Shown one piece after another: positions 62,506 through 64,000 of a stretch of DNA of 64,000 nt. The translations under genes were made by a program, and so were the position numbers. Position 1 is the first letter of the stretch, and the number at the start of each line of letters is the position of its first letter. The stretch lies in sequence record NC_022096.1; one strand, given 5' to 3'. The notes below the pieces were generated by a model. The model saw only the letters and a list, made by a program, of their open reading frames with translations. It was not told where the DNA came from and did not search any database.

Positions 62506-63079
62506 CTTCTTTCTCCATGCGCGAGTAGCGGTCCACAACTGGTGAATCGTCGGCGTTGAGGATACCGTTGATGTCTGTGGCGGTCGGGCGCACTGGCTTC
62601 ATCGCCATGCGGAATGCGCGAGCGCTCTGAGGTAGCGTTTCTTCCAGCAGTTGCCGACCATTGGGCGCTGTCCAGAAGAAACATTCAGCGTCTTTATCGA
62701 TGCAGAACATCATGCTCTTCGGACGTGCAGGACTCACAGGTACAGCCAGCTTCGGCACGTCTCCGGATGACCAGCTCATCAGCTCGTCAACCAGATTATC
62801 TTCATGGTGTGCGCGAACCAAATAGTGGAGCATCACGCTCTTGGCTCGTTCCTCTTCGCTGGCGTTACGCAGTAGATCACCCACCTGCACTTTGACGCCG
62901 CCCCACACCTTCGTGGTGCGGTCATTGATGAAGCGAAGAAGGGCTTCTGGTACGGCACCATCACTCAGCAGTGGGTGGCCAGAGTGTTCGATGCGCAACG
63001 CTTTGAGCAATGGCTTGATGTGCCCGTCTTGTCTCCAGCTTGGCTTGGGCAAGACAATCGCCGACTGTACAATCTGCAT
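62486..63079 (-). CDS. Hypothetical protein
   Basis: GGAG SD; packed. Confidence 0.6.
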   Translation of the reverse strand: MQIVQSAIVLPKPSWRQDGHIKPLLKALRIEHSGHPLLSDGAVPEALLRFINDRTTKVWGGVKVQVGDLLRNASEEERAKSVMLHYLVRAHHEDNLVDELMSWSSGDVPKLAVPVSPARPKSMMFCIDKDAECFFWTAPNGRQLLEETLPQSARAFRMAMKPVRPTATDINGILNADDSPVVDRYSRMEKEDEDTRV

Positions 63080-63106
63080 GTCCGTGTCTCCAATATCATT
63101 TTCGTG

Positions 63107-63658
63107 TTAGGCCTTCTGACCTGTCCAAGGCACCACTGCTTTCTCGGTTAGCAGTTTCTTTGTAGCACCGTGTTGCAAGAGCAAGGCAGTTTGCTCTTCG
63201 GTCAATTTTGGAACGACAACTTTCGTCGGGCGAGGCAGGCCCGACATTGTGCAGCGTGCATCGAGTGCCATGATGTAGGCGGCATGGTAGCCATGCTTCA
63301 AGATGCTCACCGCTTTCTGTTTACGCTTTGGCTTACCGTCCTCGTCGGTGTAGTTGAGGACACCAAGCACGTCTGCGTAGAACCGATTGTTCTTGTACCC
63401 GATCGACGGGAACACACCCGTATCGGCTTTGGAGTTGGCGTGTCGCGCCCTTGGTCTGCGACTGCCGTAATCTTTCTTGGTCAGCCCAAGTTCACGCTCG
63501 CGCCGATTGCGATAACGTATCGCCTCGGACAACGCACGTTCTTTACCCTTGGCTGCTGGGAACCACATCGCCTCTTTTTCAGGAGAGTAGAACCGCACGT
63601 GGCAACCTTTGTCGGTCACCGTAATACGGCGCATATCAATCTCTGTATAGCTGCTCAT
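63107..63658 (-). CDS. Tandem AP2-domain-like DNA-binding protein
   Basis: WFP..KGKERALSEAIRYRN and TGVF...DGKPKRKQKAVSILKHGYHAAYIMALDAR resemble the AP2 F...k.G...A...A...R motif. Confidence 0.6.
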   Translation of the reverse strand: MSSYTEIDMRRITVTDKGCHVRFYSPEKEAMWFPAAKGKERALSEAIRYRNRRERELGLTKKDYGSRRPRARHANSKADTGVFPSIGYKNNRFYADVLGVLNYTDEDGKPKRKQKAVSILKHGYHAAYIMALDARCTMSGLPRPTKVVVPKLTEEQTALLLQHGATKKLLTEKAVVPWTGQKA

Positions 63659-63671
63659 TGTGCTTCTCGCT

Positions 63672-63701
63672 AGAATGGGCCGAGCGAACCCGACCCATTC
63701 T
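63672..63701 (-). other. Stable UUCG hairpin without U tract, directly before the AP2-gene ribosome-binding region
   Basis: Minus strand AGAATGGGTCGGG-TTCG-CTCGGCCCATTCT, 13 bp including G-U pairs. Confidence 0.6.
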
Positions 63702-63709
63702 CTGGTTGC

Positions 63710-64000
63710 TTAGTTTGCCTGTGCGGCAGCGTGGGCCTTGGCTTCGTCCCATGCAAGCGCAAGCGTCTCCTGGCTGGGGAAGCCCTCGCTAAACTTCATG
63801 GTGAACGCCAGCAAGTCCACTTCCTGATTGTCGCGCTCCTTACTGATCTGCGCAACGCAGTTCATGTACAGGCCAAGCACGCCCGGGTTAGGCATCAACC
63901 CGATGATCAGGAAAGCCTTGAGGTCATTTGCGACTTTCAACTGTCGCACCTCGATCTGCTTCTCCATGATCTTCCAGACGTGGGCGCCCATGTTCTCGAC
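63710..64000 (-). CDS. Hypothetical protein, possibly extending beyond the window
   Basis: The frame stays open to the window edge (GTC GAG AAC ATG...). Confidence 0.55.
   Translation of the reverse strand, partial: VENMGAHVWKIMEKQIEVRQLKVANDLKAFLIIGLMPNPGVLGLYMNCVAQISKERDNQEVDLLAFTMKFSEGFPSQETLALAWDEAKAHAAAQAN

Noticed and set aside
1-64000. Prophage or other integrated mobile element within a bacterial chromosome
   Set aside because: No integrase, att-like boundary, transposase or host housekeeping gene was seen. The whole window is phage-like.

Overview
The window looks like 64 kb of a large lytic (jumbo-type) phage genome. The host is most likely a Pseudomonas, inferred from a near-identical AmrZ DNA-binding domain and RsmA/E-type RNA motifs; the organisation recalls Lu11/PaBG/phiRSL1-like myoviruses, which is an unverified impression. 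There are two convergent transcription blocks that meet at back-to-back intrinsic terminators near 40.95-41.01 kb. The + block (1-40,962) is a late/virion module. It holds four collagen-like fibre genes, a nested Calx-beta/lectin/PA14 adhesin, several fibre-shaft and decoration proteins, four paralogous ~600-aa putative receptor-binding proteins, a fibrinogen-like lectin and two multi-LamG fibres. These are followed by a lysis-like cassette (holin-like, spanin-like, apparently inactive M15 peptidase) and a nucleotidyltransferase-like/NUDIX/DUF1289 group. The - block (41,138-64,000) is a tightly packed run of about 45 small early/middle-type genes, mostly hypothetical. Recognisable members are an SPFH protein, DUF4326, winged-HTH proteins, an AmrZ homologue, a metallophosphoesterase, a probable 2OG-Fe(II) oxygenase and a tandem AP2-like protein. 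No rRNA, tRNA, CRISPR array, integrase, transposase or reverse transcriptase was recognised. The most interesting observations are: three covarying RsmA/CsrA-consensus hairpins that punctuate the lectin-fibre genes; an AmrZ domain fused to a Tudor/RNAP-interaction-like domain; an EF-Tu G1+switch-I mimic peptide; collagen paralogues in exact register with Cys at every 10th triplet; and a secreted/membrane four-gene cassette inside the virion module. All family assignments come from motif recognition by eye, not from database searches.
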